The notes below the pieces were generated by a model. It was not told where the DNA came from, did not search any database, and was given only the letters and a program-made list of their open reading frames with translations. From assembly GCA_023213395.1 (NCBI GenBank), contig CM041465.1, forward strand, positions 31,007,741 to 31,071,740: a DNA stretch of 64,000 bases, given 5' to 3'. Shown one piece after another: positions 35,234 through 50,700 of this stretch. The position numbers and the translations under genes were made by a program. Source of the DNA: Cycas panzhihuaensis (Eukaryota; Plantae; Cycadophyta). Position 1 is the first letter of the stretch. Every line of letters starts with the position of its first letter.

Positions 35234-38200
35234 TGTTAAGAAGTTACACCTTATGCATATTTGAAACATATACAAAGAACGAAAAATAAAAAAAGTACAT
35301 AGTCAAAAATATGGAGAAGATTCTCCATGAATTGAATATCTAAAAATGAAGTACAATGGCTCTTTATATAGTGCGGTCAAGACCTTCACATTGTAGTCGA
35401 CCTCATGAGGAGAAAATATCTTTATACTAAAACCGACTTCAATGATACAAAATACAATAACCATTTACACCATAACATAATTTATTCTGGCCAACTTACT
35501 TATATTCTGACTTCCTTCCATATAAACTAGGATGTTCATACTGAACTTTGGTATATTATAGGCTGACCTACAAACAAGTATATTATTCATTCTAGCTGAC
35601 TTACATTTAGTACAATAGATATATTTTGAGAACATATTTATTGATGTTTTGATTCTAGCGTTTGTCCTTAGTCAGATGTGCATTATTTTTAACACCCTCC
35701 CCTAATGCAGATTCTAATGCTTTGCCTTGATGTCTGAAAGTTTTGTTGTTGTTTTGAATTTGTAGCGCTTGATTTTATGAATCATTTTGAAGATCATATT
35801 TGAAACCTGATATTAGTCTAGATCTCCAACTTGTCTTGTCGCTCTAGATTTGTAGGATTTGAACTTTTGAACTTGATCTTTAACTTGTTTTCTTTGTTGT
35901 ATCAATTCTAGAATGAAAGTGCTTGACTTTGGCATGTTTGATTATCCTTTTTTTGTGCATCTGAATTCTTCATCACTTGTATAGTTTTCTAGAGCATCGT
36001 AGATTCAATTTTACTTGAGTATGGATCTTGCAATATCTTTTTTGTTTCAAAAAATTCTACTTCAATTTCTTTGAACTTTGATTTAGCTGAAGTAGATTGA
36101 ACCATACCGTGGTCTCCATCTTGAACTGAGAAAACAACTTTCCTTTTCCTTGAATGATCTTCAACCCTGCTGTTTTGCGATAGATACATCCTTTGTCGAC
36201 TTCTCTTTCTAAACCATCCAACTTGGTTTACAACTAAGGATGAACGATAAGTGACTAAGGAAGAACAATATTTTTAGAATCTGTTGGCAGTCTTAACTCC
36301 TTTGATTACTGCTCCCCTATCATTAATATTGTTATCAACATGCTCATCAAAGGATAGTTTTTCACTTATCTTCTCATCAATAGTCTTACTAGCAATGAAT
36401 TTATCCAAAGGTCTTCTACATACTTCAACATGTTTTTGGAATATTTTGACAATATCAGCTTTACAATTTTGTCGTGCTAAGTCGATTGAAATCTCCTTGC
36501 TTGATCCTTCTGCATTATAAGCTCTTTTTTTCAGATCATCAGCAATGAAGCGTCTCATTGGCCAATTGAGGATGTATTGCTCTTAATGAGAGGCTATAGG
36601 CATCTTTAAAATTGCTTTGGAATTCTTGTGGAAAGAATGCATGTAGATGTGCATGCAATATTTGGATGCAATTCATTGGAATCGCGAAGAGAGTCTATAA
36701 GTACATGCTTTGATTTCAGCATTATGTTGAAGGAGTAGAGTATGATGGAAATCCTCTTCACTAAAAATACCTTTAGCGGAAAGCATAATCGCATTTGAAA
36801 CAATTAAAGCTTGACATATCATTGAAGAAAAACCAAACATCATTGTTCTGCTCAATACATGCACTTCATCACTGTGGTATGAAATTCTTTGTACAACATC
36901 ATCTAGATTTTCACTTCTTCTCCTTAGGCTACCTGTTGAGGCTAAGGCTTGATCAAAAGCTTCATCATTTGTTGTATCACATTCCACTATTCCAAATGTA
37001 ACAATTTTGTTGTTGAAGACGTTTTTTTACTACTCTTGTAGAGTATGCTAAGATGACTTGAATCTAGTTAATAATGAAAAAAAATTTCATGCTTCATGAA
37101 AACATAAGAAATCTTGTGCAAATACAATCAATTGTAAGACCTAACAATAGTTGCAATCTAGCAAAAAGTTTTTTCATTGAAATTTTGGCTGCAATATCTA
37201 TTATCAACAGAATAGCCCTATGACTACATCGTATTTTCAATGAAACATGAGATAAATCTACGACAACATCTCTAGGTTCATCATTTTTCTCTGAATGACC
37301 AAATACCATCAGATTTCTAGAGTCGTTCAATTTTCTTGAAAACGAAACTTTTTCATCAAAACAGGATTCATTTGTTAGAACAGATTTATATACTTTTACA
37401 ACGTTAACTTTTTTTGATGATTCATTCTCACCATAGGTTTACTATTTTCTTTTTCCTTCTTAGCTTTTCTTTTGAGTTTCTTCTTTTGATTCTTAGTCAG
37501 GTTATTGCATACATTCTGTTCTTTCTTTGAAGTAATTAAATTAGTGACTTTTTTTATATCAACAAATTTATCATCCTCTTTTCTTTTTTCGATCTTCTTA
37601 GTATCTTTTCCAAGGACGATCTTTTCATCATTTTGTGACTTTTCTTTATGAGGAGCAAACAAACTCTTTAGAACTTTGAATGCTTCCCTTATAGTATATT
37701 GACCATAAATGCTTATATTCCTGATTCTAAACTCTTCAATAAGACGCCCAAATATATCATTATTCAAGGTATAATATATACAATAAAGTGTATCAACATT
37801 TTTAGCCTTAAGCTCTTCTTTTCCTTTCTCTTGTTCTAAAGTTAACTGAGTAGCAAAATGGATAGGTTTTGATTCTAAATAGCCTTTAAAAATAAAATTC
37901 CACAACTTTATGCAAAATCAAATGATTTATTAACTTCCTTGACTACTCAACATAATTCTCCTCATTCAACCTTACCGGGTCTGGATAAGGTTCAATTGTA
38001 ACAATAATTGTATCATTGAATGTTTTTATATTCCTCCCTCAAATTAAGGCTCACTGCATAAATTCTTTAATTTGGGAAGCTCAAATCTTCTGGGTACTAC
38101 TTCTAGTCTTTGTAATAATGATAATGGTTACCAACTAGTTTTTTTTCTTACTTCTTACTGATACATGTAAGGCTTGAAATATTAAAGTAGTTATCAACCT

Positions 38201-39782
38201 TAAATATGATTGAATTTTGTTTCGAATGATTGCAGATTCAATATAGACTTTCTTCTAAAGCTTTGCAGTAATGAAGATGTCTGCATAGTGGTCATGAACC
38301 AATGAAAACATCACTCAACCTTTATACTCAACTCAACAGACTTGATAAGAAATTCAGTTGTAAAAGACTATGAAAAGCTGAAGAAACTCGGTTTTGTTTT
38401 TAATGAAGGCATATGATAGAAACTTTTCACTGAGGCATAAGAATACACATCCTTAGTTGAATATATAAATTGTTTACTTTTGATCTAATGACATACATTA
38501 CATCATATACTCAACCTTTACAACATATTTAGCCTCAACAATATGTAATTATTGGAATAGATGTACTCAGTAGTATGTAACTAACACTTTATAGTATGTT
38601 ACTAGTAGTATAACTCAACTTAGCAAAATAATATTTTTTTAGTAGTATACATAACCAATACAAGCAATAGATATATGTTCTTAACAGTATGTATAACTAA
38701 TGGAATTTGTCTTATGACCATCAGAATTCAACAGTAACATTGTAAAAATAGCAGTATGTATATAACTAGTAAAATTTAGTTTATGACCAACTTTCAACAT
38801 ATGACTAGCAGTAACAGTGTAAAAACAATAGTATGGTTTCAGTAATATATATAATCAACAATATAACTAGTAGAATTCAACTTGTGACTAATAGATTTCA
38901 GCATATAACCAGAGGTAACAACAACAGATATATGGCATAAACATAATAATATGAACCTTAAAAACAACAGATCATAATCAACCAAAAAACAACAAATAAA
39001 TTTGATTTTTTGACAGTAGATGGTAACAGATTTCAACATAAAACAATAATAGATTTTAGTAGATTTACTAGATAACAAATTTACCAATGGACAACAGCCT
39101 TTTAAACAACAAATTATGTTAAAAAAAAAATATGAGAAAATCTTAGCTTAATTGCATATTTAAATTTAGTTTGAAATCTGAATTCAGGATAATCCTGTCA
39201 GGGTAGCCACATGAAATGTTAGACTCGATTGATTTTAGGACATATCTAGTCTCTTCTACTCTTCTAGCAAACTTGACTACTAGTACAGATAACATGACAT
39301 AAGTGAGATAACCAGAAACCCTGTTCTATACTAGGTTAAGAAATTACACCTTATGTATATCTGAAACACATACAAACAATGAAAAATAGTAGAAGTGTAG
39401 AGCCAAAAATATGGAGAGGACTTTCCCAATTTAATATCCAAAAATGAAGTACAAAGTCTTTTTATATAATATGGTCAAGACCCTCACATTATGGCCAACC
39501 TCATGAGGAGAAATATCTTTATACCAAAACTGGCGTCAATGATACAAAACCATTTACACCATAATATAATTTATTCTGGCTAACTTATTTAGATTCTAGC
39601 CTACTTCTATATAAACTAGAATGCTCATACTAAACTTGGTTATATTGTAGGCTGACCTATAGACAAGTGCATTACTCATTCTAGTCAACTTACATATAGC
39701 ACAATAGATACCTTTTGAGACCTATTTATTAATGTCTTAATTCTAGAGTTTGTCCTCAGTTAGATGTGCATTATTTTTAACA
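35234..39782 (-). mobile_element. Element G: non-autonomous pol-less LTR element (4.5 kb) related to C
   Basis: LTRs 35234-35694 and 39334-39782. PPT (reverse complement) ccctcccct 35695-35703 and degenerate PBS 39323-39333. gag-type N-terminus LNEENYVE*...LWNFIFKGY, then about 2.2 kb of decayed ORF with no pol motifs. Confidence 0.85.
35710..37985 (-). pseudogene. Decayed gag-derived long ORF of element G
   Basis: Fragments 37396-37905, 37094-37330, 36673-36987, 36274-36558 and 35989-36189. Contains NLTKNQKKKLKRKAKK and a terminal IFKMIHKIKRYKFKTT. Confidence 0.6.
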
Positions 39783-42700
39783 ACCTTAATTCAATTTTTC
39801 TTATATGGTATCATAGCAAGTTTGTTAACCTTTATCCATCTCATATTGACAAATTTTTGAGAAACAATTATAGAGATTTGATTGTTTAAATACAATTGAT
39901 TGACTTTGGGCATATTTTGCTCTTGCTTTTGGCGTGATTTGCTCTCTAGTGTGTATGGCTCACTTGGGCGTGGTACGACTCATACGAGTCATTGAAGCGC
40001 ATTTCAACTATCGTGGGTGCTCATTTTATTAAAAAATCGTTCATTTGTGAGTAAAAATCTCTCGTACTATAGTTTTCTCAATGTTGGGCGATCAATTGTA
40101 AGCTCAATGCATTGATTTGACATCCATTTTCATTTGTACAAGGCCACTATTCATTCAACTAGGCAGGTGACCAATTTATGTTTACATAAGCGATTGTGAG
40201 TAGAACGTGATACAAAAGCCTAGCAATAGAATATTTGTTGTAATTGTCATGTCAAGAAGAGTCTAGTTGTGAAGTTTCATCGCATTATGAGGCATGCGTA
40301 ATGAGTTTATGATCAATTGAAGCTCAAAAAAGTCACTCAACCAATCTTTGTGATCATTTTTCTTTTTTTAGTTAAAACTTTTTCTAATATTTTTTAACTT
40401 GAACTAAAGTGAAGTGATTTAAAGTTATTTTACCATTTATTTAATCATTTTGACTTTAGAAAAAGCTTTTTTCATTGTATTTTTTTGCTTTTTAAAATTT
40501 GATCTCTGTACAAAGCTTGTAAAAGACCTTGCAATCACTTAGTAATATTTTTAATTTACACTTTACAATCATTTAATTATAGTTTTTTAAATATTTCTTC
40601 CTTTTTAATATTTTTCATTATGTCTTCTGTAAATATTGTTGGCTATATTTTGCTAGAATCATAGATATTAGATGAAAAAAATTATGTAGTCAAAAAATTT
40701 AAAATTCTAAACATTTTGGCTTTGCATAAGCTAAAAGATATTGTTGAAAGAAACAACATTAAGCTAGAAATTTAGCAAATTGATGACCTTGAACTTATAG
40801 CTTGGGAAGACAAAAATCTTAGAGTATTGGCAATCATCAATTTGTTAGTATCAGATGAGGTAATTACTCGTCTCCAAGGCAATCATCAATTTTTGTAATC
40901 TTCTGTGTTCTTATAAAATGCATGTTGCTAACTTTATCTCTTCTCATCTACAAAAATTAAAAGAGAGGAGAAAAATTAATTGTTGTAGGTGAAAAAGTTG
41001 CAAATAAAGAGCTAATTAACATTACTTTAAATAGCCTTAATGAATGCTATCATATATTTGTAACTAGTTTATGTCTCACTATCCGACCTCAACCCTTTAC
41101 TTTTGATGAGTTTGGAGACTTATTCCTGCATGGAGAGCAACAAATTGGTTGTTATGGTGGTGAGAACATTAATGTTATGGTGTTTTCCTCTAAATTTAAA
41201 AGATAACACCTAATAATTCTTCAAAGCAACGGAATAATCATTTAGAGCAATGGTTGCAAGACAACAATAGTAATGCACAAAAAATAAAATGTGATGTTGT
41301 ATACAATTATTGTAATAGGAAATAACATTTAGAGAAGTGTTCGAAGAAAAAATCAAATAAAATGAAAAATACCCTTGTTTTGTTTACTAATGGTAAAGAC
41401 AAAGTGTCTTTTTCTTAATCCATAATTTTGTGAGTGATATGTGCATTCTGATGTATCAAAACACATTATTTATTGTAGAGATTAGATTAAAGATTTGTAG
41501 GATTGTCAACTTCCTCCTATTATACTTGTGATAACAGTCAACATTAGGTTGTTGGATGTGAGACCATATATCTTCGTCAGTCCGAGTATGTAACTTTTAA
41601 AATTGCTAATGCTTGGCTTGTACCCTCATTTAAGCACAATTTGCTTTCTGTCAATAATATTACTAAGCAGAAATTTATTATAGAATTCAATGAACCAAAG
41701 TGTATGATTAAAAAAAATAATGTTGCAATTCCTCAAGGTGTCTAAGAGAATGGTGTTTATAAATTCTCTAACATATACGACAAAGATTTGCCATTAATTG
41801 AAACAATTGACAAAGTTTGTAAAGTAACACTAGAAACCCTTTCAGAAGTCTATGTGGTAAACAAAAGACATTTTAGAGGTGGTTCTCTTTGACCTATGTG
41901 GCCCTATTTCAAGATCTTCATTTGGAGGAGGACAATATTTTATCACATTTATTGATGACTTTACTAGAAGATGTTGGGTCTATCTTCTAAAACACAAATC
42001 AAAAGCTTTTACAAAGTTAAAGGAATTCAATGTTGAAATTGAAAATCATTTTGACAAAAAACTCAAGACTAGCGAAAGCAAATATCTATCTACTGAATTC
42101 ACTAACTTTTGCAAAAGTCATGGTATCAAACATTAATTTACAATAGCATACACCTCACAATAGAATGGCGTAGTAGAGCGGAATAATCGTACCATTATGA
42201 AAATAGCACAATGTATGATGAAGGCAAAAGATGCCCCTAAAGGTCTTTGGGAAGAAGTTGTTCATACAATAGTGTATTTGTTGAACTACCAAGGTAGTTC
42301 AAAATGTGACTCCTTAAGAAGCCTAGACTAATTTAAAACCTTCTATTGCTTATCTTTGCATTTTTGAATGTATAACTTATGCATATGTGCCTAATGAAAA
42401 AAGGCACAAACTTGATAACAAGAATAAAAAATGTATTGTTGTCGAGTGTAACTTGACATTAAAAACATATAGGCTTTGGAGTCTCACTAAGAAGAAAATC
42501 ATTCTTACTAGAGATGTACTATTTACAAAACTAATCAAGATGATTAGATAATTGTGCCCATTATAAGCGAAGAAAAATAAAAAGAAAAGGAAAAATATGT
42601 TAGTGAAGAATGTGATACTGAGGAAAATATAGGTCATAATGAAGCTTTTACTTCTATTTCTTCTTCTATTCCTTACACTTCACTTCTCCTCCCTATTCAT

Positions 42701-44769
42701 AAAAGGAGTTGCGTAAATGGTATCTACAAACCATTAGTGATTCTGGGGATGCAAATCTTGATTCTGGAATCCAAACTAAGGAGTAAAACTAACTTTGCCC
42801 TAATGTCAAGCATCTTAAGTATTAATGAATCATAGAAATTTCAAGAAGCCAAGAATTTGACTAAATGGCAAGCTACTATGAAAGAAGAATATGACTTCAT
42901 CATTAAAAATGACACTTGGGATCTTGTTGTATCACCTCCTAGAAAGAAAGTAATTGATTGTAGATAGGTCCATTGAGTTAAGTATCATTCTGATGGTGCT
43001 CTATAAAGATACAAAGCTTGATTTCTTATAAAAGGCTATGCTCAAATAATTGGAATTGACTTTGAAAAGACCTTTCCACCAGTAGCAAAGATAATTACTC
43101 TTCGGATGCTAGTGTCTCTTGTAACTCAATTTAATTGGGAACTTCATTAGATGGACGTGAAGAATGCATTTTTGAATGATATTCTTGTTAAAGAGGTATA
43201 CTTGAAGTAACTCAAGGGCTTTGAAAAAGTGGACATAAACAACTTGTTTGCAGATTGAAGAAAACTCTTTATGGATTAAAACAAGCACCAAAGGCATGGT
43301 ATTCACACATTAATGATTATTTCATCTCATTGAGACTTACAAGATGTTAATCAAATTACACTTTGTATGTACTCTATGAGGGTGATGAAATCTTAATTGT
43401 TGCATTGCATGCTGATGATCTCATTATTATTGGTAGTGACTCAAAAGATCAATGCTCTCAAAAAATAATTGTCTAAACCTTTTGAAATAACAGATCTTAG
43501 TCTTCTTTATTTCTATCTTCGGATGAAAATATGGAAAAAATGTAACAACATATTTGTATCATAGTCAAAATATGCACATAATCTTCTGAAGCACTTCCAT
43601 ATGGTGAATTGTAAGTCATTTATTATATTCATAGAAGTTAGCTTCAAATTAACTAAAGAATCTAGTGTTAAAATTTTAGAGAAGACTTTGTACAGACAAG
43701 TAGTGGGTAGTCTCATTTACTTAATTAACACTAGGCCTGATCCCAATTATGATATTAGCGTTGTATCACGATACATGAGTGCTTCATCTACCACATTTTG
43801 AAAGGCAACCAAGTACATGTTAAGTATGTTTAAGGAACTATTCAATTTGGACTCATATTTTAGAAATCTTCTAAATTTAGATCATAAGGTTTTATTCACT
43901 CAGATTGGGTAGGAGATTCTGATCAAAGAAAATCATTGTTAGGATATGCATTTGCAGTTAGTTCTGGTTTGATCACTTAGAGTAGTAAGAAACAGTCTAT
44001 AATTTTTTTGTCTTCCATCGATGTAGAATACAACGCAGTGGTTACAACCACCTGTGAAGCCATTTGGCTTAAAGGACTTTTTAATCACTTTGAACTTTAT
44101 TAGGATGGACCTACTCCATTTTTCTATAATAATTAAGGTGCCATATAATTGTTGAAGAATCCAGTCTTCCACATAAGAATAATGCTTGTAGAAATTTCCC
44201 ATCATTTTCTTCGAGAGTAAGTGGATCATAACACAATTGCATTAATCTATTATCCTACACAAGATCAAATTATTGATATTCTCATGAACACTTTAAATTA
44301 TGAGAAGTTTGAGAAACTTAGGACATTAATGTTTTTGAGAGAAAATGAACTTAACATTATGGGAGGGCGTTAGAATTAATGTATGTTTTCATTTTATGTT
44401 CACTTAAGTTCATTTTATGTTAGTTGAATATTCTTGATATGAAATATTCTAGCTCTCAACATTTATTGTGAGATGTAAGAAAGGATGACAAATGAGTAAA
44501 ACAAAGTGGGTTGTCATCTTTTGTGTGTATGGTGGCTACTATATTCTTTGGCACTTAGTTAACTTGTGCTTATTTCAAAATTAGGAACTCAATCTATTGT
44601 TAGCATTTCCATAATTTATATATTTGATGTATTAGTCTATGTTATTCAATGAGAATTCTATGAAAACATGAAGAGATGTTATTCATGAATATTTTCTTTT
44701 TTCTTGAATGCATTTGGTTAATGTTGTGAATGATGCTTTAACTCCATTTTCCTTACAATAGTTACCTAC

Positions 44770-47700
44770 TAATAGTAAGTGAAAAACTCTAACCATGGGC
44801 TTCCTCTTTGAGGTGAGGCATCCTCTAAATGCTGCCCTTAAGGTTGTGGCAGGTCTGAAGCTCGAAACTTATGATCAAACTTAGATTGAAAAGCCCTATA
44901 AATAAGTAGTCAGAGAGCTACTTGAAAAGTTGCCCAAAATAAATTATTGAAGTCGTCTAGAATAAGTAATTGAAATTGATTAGACTAAAGTATATAATAA
45001 AGTTGGCCAAAGTAAATACTGGAAGTCGACCAAATTGAAATTTGGGTTGATTTCTGATAGTGGGAATGTTATAAGTCTCTCCCCTTAAAAACATGCTTTG
45101 CCCTCAAAGCATCGAAATTATTGGAACTTAAACAAGAATTGAAGAATAGCTGATGCTTTATTATAAAAGAAGAACTTTATATATATATATACAATAAGAA
45201 ATTATAACTATCATATAATTGGCTGACACGTTGCAGACACTTGTCTATGATACATGAAGAGAGGTTTTACATGACCCTCAATTAGATACAAATAAACATT
45301 ACTAAATAAAATATTATATTCTGACACCCTCTCTTAATATTGTCTTCTCAATCCTATTTTATCTCTAAGGACTTGAAAATTGTCTTTGTTGAGTGGCTTT
45401 GTTAAAATATCTATAACATGTTCGTTTATTGAGCAGTCTGTCAAGTCAATTTCTTCATTTTGCACATTTTCTCTTATGAAGTGGTGATGTGCTTCAATGT
45501 GTTTTGTTCGAGCATGGAGAACTAGATTCTTAGTTAACTTGATGGCACTCTAATTATTACAAAACAAGATTGTTGACTCATTTTGCCATCGATCTAAGTC
45601 TGATGGAAGTTGTCTTAGCCAAATTGCTTTATATGTTACACTGACGACTGACTTGTATTCAATTTATGTAGATGAAAGACCAATTGTGGGTTGCTTTTTG
45701 TTGCTCCAAGAAATTGCTACTAATTCAAAGAGGAAACAATAACCACTTGTTGACCTCCTTTTTTCTTTGTCTCTAACGCAATCTAAATCATAATATCCAA
45801 TTAATTTGTTTGATTTCAATTTTGGATATGTGAGTTTCAGATTAGTTGTTCCTTTTAGGTATCTAAGTATTCTTGTTGCTACTTTCTAATGTCTCACCTC
45901 TGGATCCTGCATATATCTAGAAACTAGACTTACTGAATATGAGATATCAGGCCTAGTTGTTGTGAGATATATCAAGGTACCAATCAATTGCTTGTACAAT
46001 GTTCCATTGACTGCAGATTCTCCTTCATCCAAAATGAGATCATAGTTGATTTCCATGAGTGTAATGCAACTGTTGCTTTCTTCTATTTTAAATTTTATTA
46101 GCAGTTTTAATATATCTACTCTAAGACAAGGAAATTGAATGTTACTTTTAATCAACTTCTATTCCTAGATAGTAATTTAGTAGCCCTAGATCTATCATTT
46201 CAAAGCCCTTTTCCAACTGAGCTTTTATATTAACTATTGACTCTATATCACTACCTATGAGAATCATATCATGCACATAGACTACAATTATTATGATTAA
46301 TTCCTGTTTTTTTTTTGCATGCAAACTAGAGTTAGAGATGCACCAATGAAAGCCATTTTGGGTGAGGTATTTGTCTAGTTTGGCATGCCAGGCTCTTGGG
46401 GCTTGATTTAGCCCATATAACACCTTTTTAAACCTGTAGACAAAATTTTCTTGACCATTTTGAATGAATCCTTTTAGTTGTCTCATATAGACATTCTCTT
46501 CAAGTTCACCATTCAAGAATGCATTTTTCACATCCAATCGATAAATTTTCTAGTTGTGTTGAGCTACTAAGGCGATTACCACTCTCACAGTATCCAGTTT
46601 AGCTACTGGTGAGAATGTTTCTTCATAGTCTATTCCAGCAGTTTGAGTAAAGCCCTTACCTACTAGCCTGGCCTTATGTTTATTTATTTTGGCATCAACA
46701 CTCTATTTTATTTTATATACCCACTTACAATTAACTACTGGCTTGCTAGTAGGTAAATTTACTAGTTCTCAGGTCTGATTTTTGGAAATTGACTCCATCT
46801 CTACATTCATTGTAACTTTCCATTCTTCATGCCTTTTTGCTTTTTCAAATGTTTGTGCCTCTATGTTAGTGAATAAGGCTTGATGTTTTTGACTCTTTGT
46901 CCTATATGTGTATATGTCTCCCTTACCTTCTTCAATGGTCTTAATATACCATTTTGGTATCTTTTTCTCCTTCTTCTTTTTTTCTTTTTCAATGAATGAA
47001 TCTTTGGGAGACAATCGTTCTCCTTTAGAGGTTGAGCTTTCATGTGACAGTGATGCCCTATCTAAATCATCTATCTCTATGTCTTTTAAAATAACCATAG
47101 ATACTTTCTTAGTATGAAGTTCTTTTTGAAGAATTATCTTGGGTGTTTCTTCAATTACTTGTTGAATTGAAGTGTTTTTCATGAGTTCATCTTCATTGAA
47201 GACAATATCCCTACTTTTATAGACCTTATTTGTTTTAGGATCTATACATTTGTAGGCTTTTGAGTTCCTACTGTAGCCTACCATTATACATTTTATACTT
47301 TTAGAGTCAAGTTATGATCATTTTTTATCTGGTATGTGGATAAAAGCTTGACATCCAAAGATTCTTAAATTACTTCTTCTGGCGTAATTTGTTCCAAGGC
47401 ATTTGTAAGACTCCTATTTATAAGATAACTAATTGTGGAGACTGCCTCTGCCTAGTAAGTTTTAGAGATATACTTGTCTTCAATCATGCTGCGAGTTATC
47501 TCCATAATTGTTCTATTTTTTCATTTAGCAACTCCATTTGACTGAGGTGTGTAAGGAGTTGTGAATTGTTTGCGTATTCTATGTGCTTTGCAGTAATTCA
47601 AAAAATCTTTCAAGATGTATTCTTCTCCACCGTCTGACCTAACACTTTTTTTTTTATCTAGATTCTAGCTCAACTTCAGCTTTAAACTCTTTGAACTTTT

Positions 47701-50700
47701 TAAAAACCTTATATTTGTTGTAGAGAAAGAAAAACCAAGTTTTCCTAGAAAAATCATTCATGAATGTTAAAAAATATCTAGTGTCATTGACTCAACAAGG
47801 AGTAAGGGATCCACATAAGTCAGTATGCATCAATTTTAACTTGTTTTGAACCCGTAATTCATTTGTTTTAAAAGGAAAATGATGTTGTTTCCCAAGCATA
47901 CAACTTTTACAAAGTGCTGAAATGAAATATTTAGAAGACCATCAACCATTCCATATTTTTGCAACTGTACTAATTTATCTGATGAGATATATCCATACTT
48001 CAAATGCCACGATTTATTATTATCAATATTAACTCCAGTACATGCCTTTACATCTTTATTGAGAGTTATATGATTATAAAGTAATCTATATAGATTGTTA
48101 CTGTCTATACCTTTTGTAATTACATCACCACCTTTTTTCATATCTAAAATATAACAGTATCCTTCTTCATCAAACATAGTCCTTAGCTTTTTCTTTCTCA
48201 GCTGGGAGATAGAAAGGAGATTCTTTTTCAAGTCAGGCACAAAGAACACATTTCTAATTTTTTGTACAACCCCTTTTACCTTTATTGTTATGGTTTCGAC
48301 TCCTTTGATATTTAGATGACATTTATCCCCTAACTCAATAGATTTTTTTGAGTCATAAGGTTTAAGTAATTCGAACTAGACTTCTCATCCGATCATGTCT
48401 TAATTCTCTGAAATCAATGTACCATACCTCTTCATCTTTGAGACTTGCAATGAGTGCAACAATGAAGGCAATTTATTCATTATCATCATCAATTTGTTTT
48501 TCGTTGTAGTTTCCTACAGGTTGCTTTCCTTTCTAAATTTTAACCCTTCTCTATGAGCATTGATAGAGATAATGTCTAGCTTTCCCACTGTGGTAACAAA
48601 CATCAAATGCCTTGTAGTTGCTTGAGAAATGGCCTGGTTTCCTGTAGTTGAAGCAAACTCTAGCTTCTCTTGGCAAAACATTGCATCATCGACCTTGACT
48701 TTCTTTCCATCTTCTATGAGATGGGCTCTTGATGTCTAGAGTTCATGCTCATCCATGAGATTGCCCTTTTCCTCAGGGTCCCAAATGGAGTTTAGTTACA
48801 AAGACATCTTCTATCTCTGTTGTACCTTCATATCACTTATTTCTTTGTTCCTGTCTCAACAACAATCCTATTAATTGATTGAATCATTATATTAATTTGA
48901 TCATTACTGGTGATTGTATTGATTATAACATTAAAGGATTTTAGAAGTTTGCTTGTTATGATTTCAACAGTCTCTTGTTCTATTATTTTTGCTCCAACAC
49001 TTAATAGATCTTGCTCTAGCAGTCAATAAGTCATTTATGATTTAAATGAATCTTTGAAGGAATTCTAAAATTGTTTCTTTTTCTTTTATATACAATTTGA
49101 ATAGTTCCTCCTTTAGGACTATGATCCTAGCTTGATTCTTCTGGTCGTACATGTTCTCAAATACTTTCTAAATTTTAGAGGATGAATTCAAGTTTTCAAC
49201 ATAAATAAGAAGAGAGTCTGAAATAGAGAATTTTAATGTAATTAACCCTGTATTATCTCTCTCTTCCCAACTAGTTAGATCATCACCAACAACAACAGGT
49301 TTAGCTTCAAATCCTGTGGCTATTTTCCATGTATTTCTGGCTCTTAATAATGTTTCCACCTTAATTTTCCATACATGGTAATTTGAATAAGTCAATTTAT
49401 CTTGCTCACTAAGTGCAAGAATAGTAGAGGCTATACTAGAACAGTTTCAAAGATGATAATGGACTGAAAGTAGGCAAAGGAAGTACAAACCGTATGGTTG
49501 TATGAATTTCTGTATAGTTTTGTAGGCGTATAAATTTGAATGGTAACTACCCCAAATGAAAGTTCTTTCAATGAGGATTATGAATATGTGAATATTCATA
49601 AGAGATTATTTTTAGACAGTCTAGAAATTGCCCCAAAAATAGAGATTGAGCAGTTGGGGTTTTTAGGAAAATTGCTTAGAATTGAAAAAAATCTCCAACG
49701 AATTTCTTCAAAAAATGATTGAAAGGGGTCACACTTCTAAAATGAAGACATTACAGTAGATTTTTCTAGAAAAATGGGAGAAAAATTAGTCAAAAAAGAG
49801 TTTGTGTCTTCAAACTCGTGCACTTAGTAAACTGGGAAAAACCTCCCAAAAATGGCCTCAAATTGATTCGATATTGACGAGAAAGTTGTAGAGCACGATG
49901 GGATTTATTTGCTAGTCAAATTTTGTGAAAAATTGAGCAGTTTTATTTTTGGACGTCCATACGACTATAAAATTTCATATTGTTCATACAATCAACTATG
50001 TTCACCTTCTGTTTTACTTGAATGATTTAATATCTTCCTTCAATCAATGGTTGTCTTCCTTTAATCAATGATTCATTTGTTGATATGGACAATTATTGTC
50101 TCTGACCCAGACAATTCTGTCTTCTTCCACATAGAAACCCTTTCTCAGACAGCCAAGGGAACCTGCTTTGATACCATATTAAAACTCATACAAGAGTTGA
50201 AGAATAACGAATGCTCTATTATGAGAGATGAACTCTATATATATATATAATGAGAAATTATAATTACCATGTAACTATCAGACACATGGTTGAGACTTGT
50301 CTATGATATATAAAGAGGGGTTTTACATGACCCTCAACTAGATACGAATAAACATTCTTATATAAAACATTATATTCTAATAGAAATATTCAGATGTTGT
50401 TGGTATCATTCCTTAAACTCCCAAGTTTCTTCTTCAGGATTGAGGCTCTTATATTCTATCATGTACTCTGGGATCTCTCTAAAGGATAGCTTCTTAGTTT
50501 GTATCTGTAAGATGCCTTTTGGTTCTATAGTTATCTTTCCTTCTTCGTTGAGCAGTGCCAAATATGTCTATGGTGTGACAGTGTGTCTTAGCTTTTGTTT
50601 GAGGCATGAGACATGGAAGACATTATGGATGTGGCTACTTGGGGATAGGTCGAGTCAGTATACCACTTCTTCCACCTTGTTTATAATCGAATATGGGTCA

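Larger units (their letters stand above)
34858..44757 (+). mobile_element. Element H: old Ty1/copia retrotransposon with its 5' LTR split by element G
   Basis: 5' LTR 34858-35233 plus 39788-39805; 3' LTR 44368-44757. PBS tggtatcatagc 39806-39817 and PPT gggaggg 44361-44367. TSD ACAAT/ATAGT. IN DLCGP...FIDDFTR; RT/RH remnants 42.9-44.3 kb. Confidence 0.87.
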
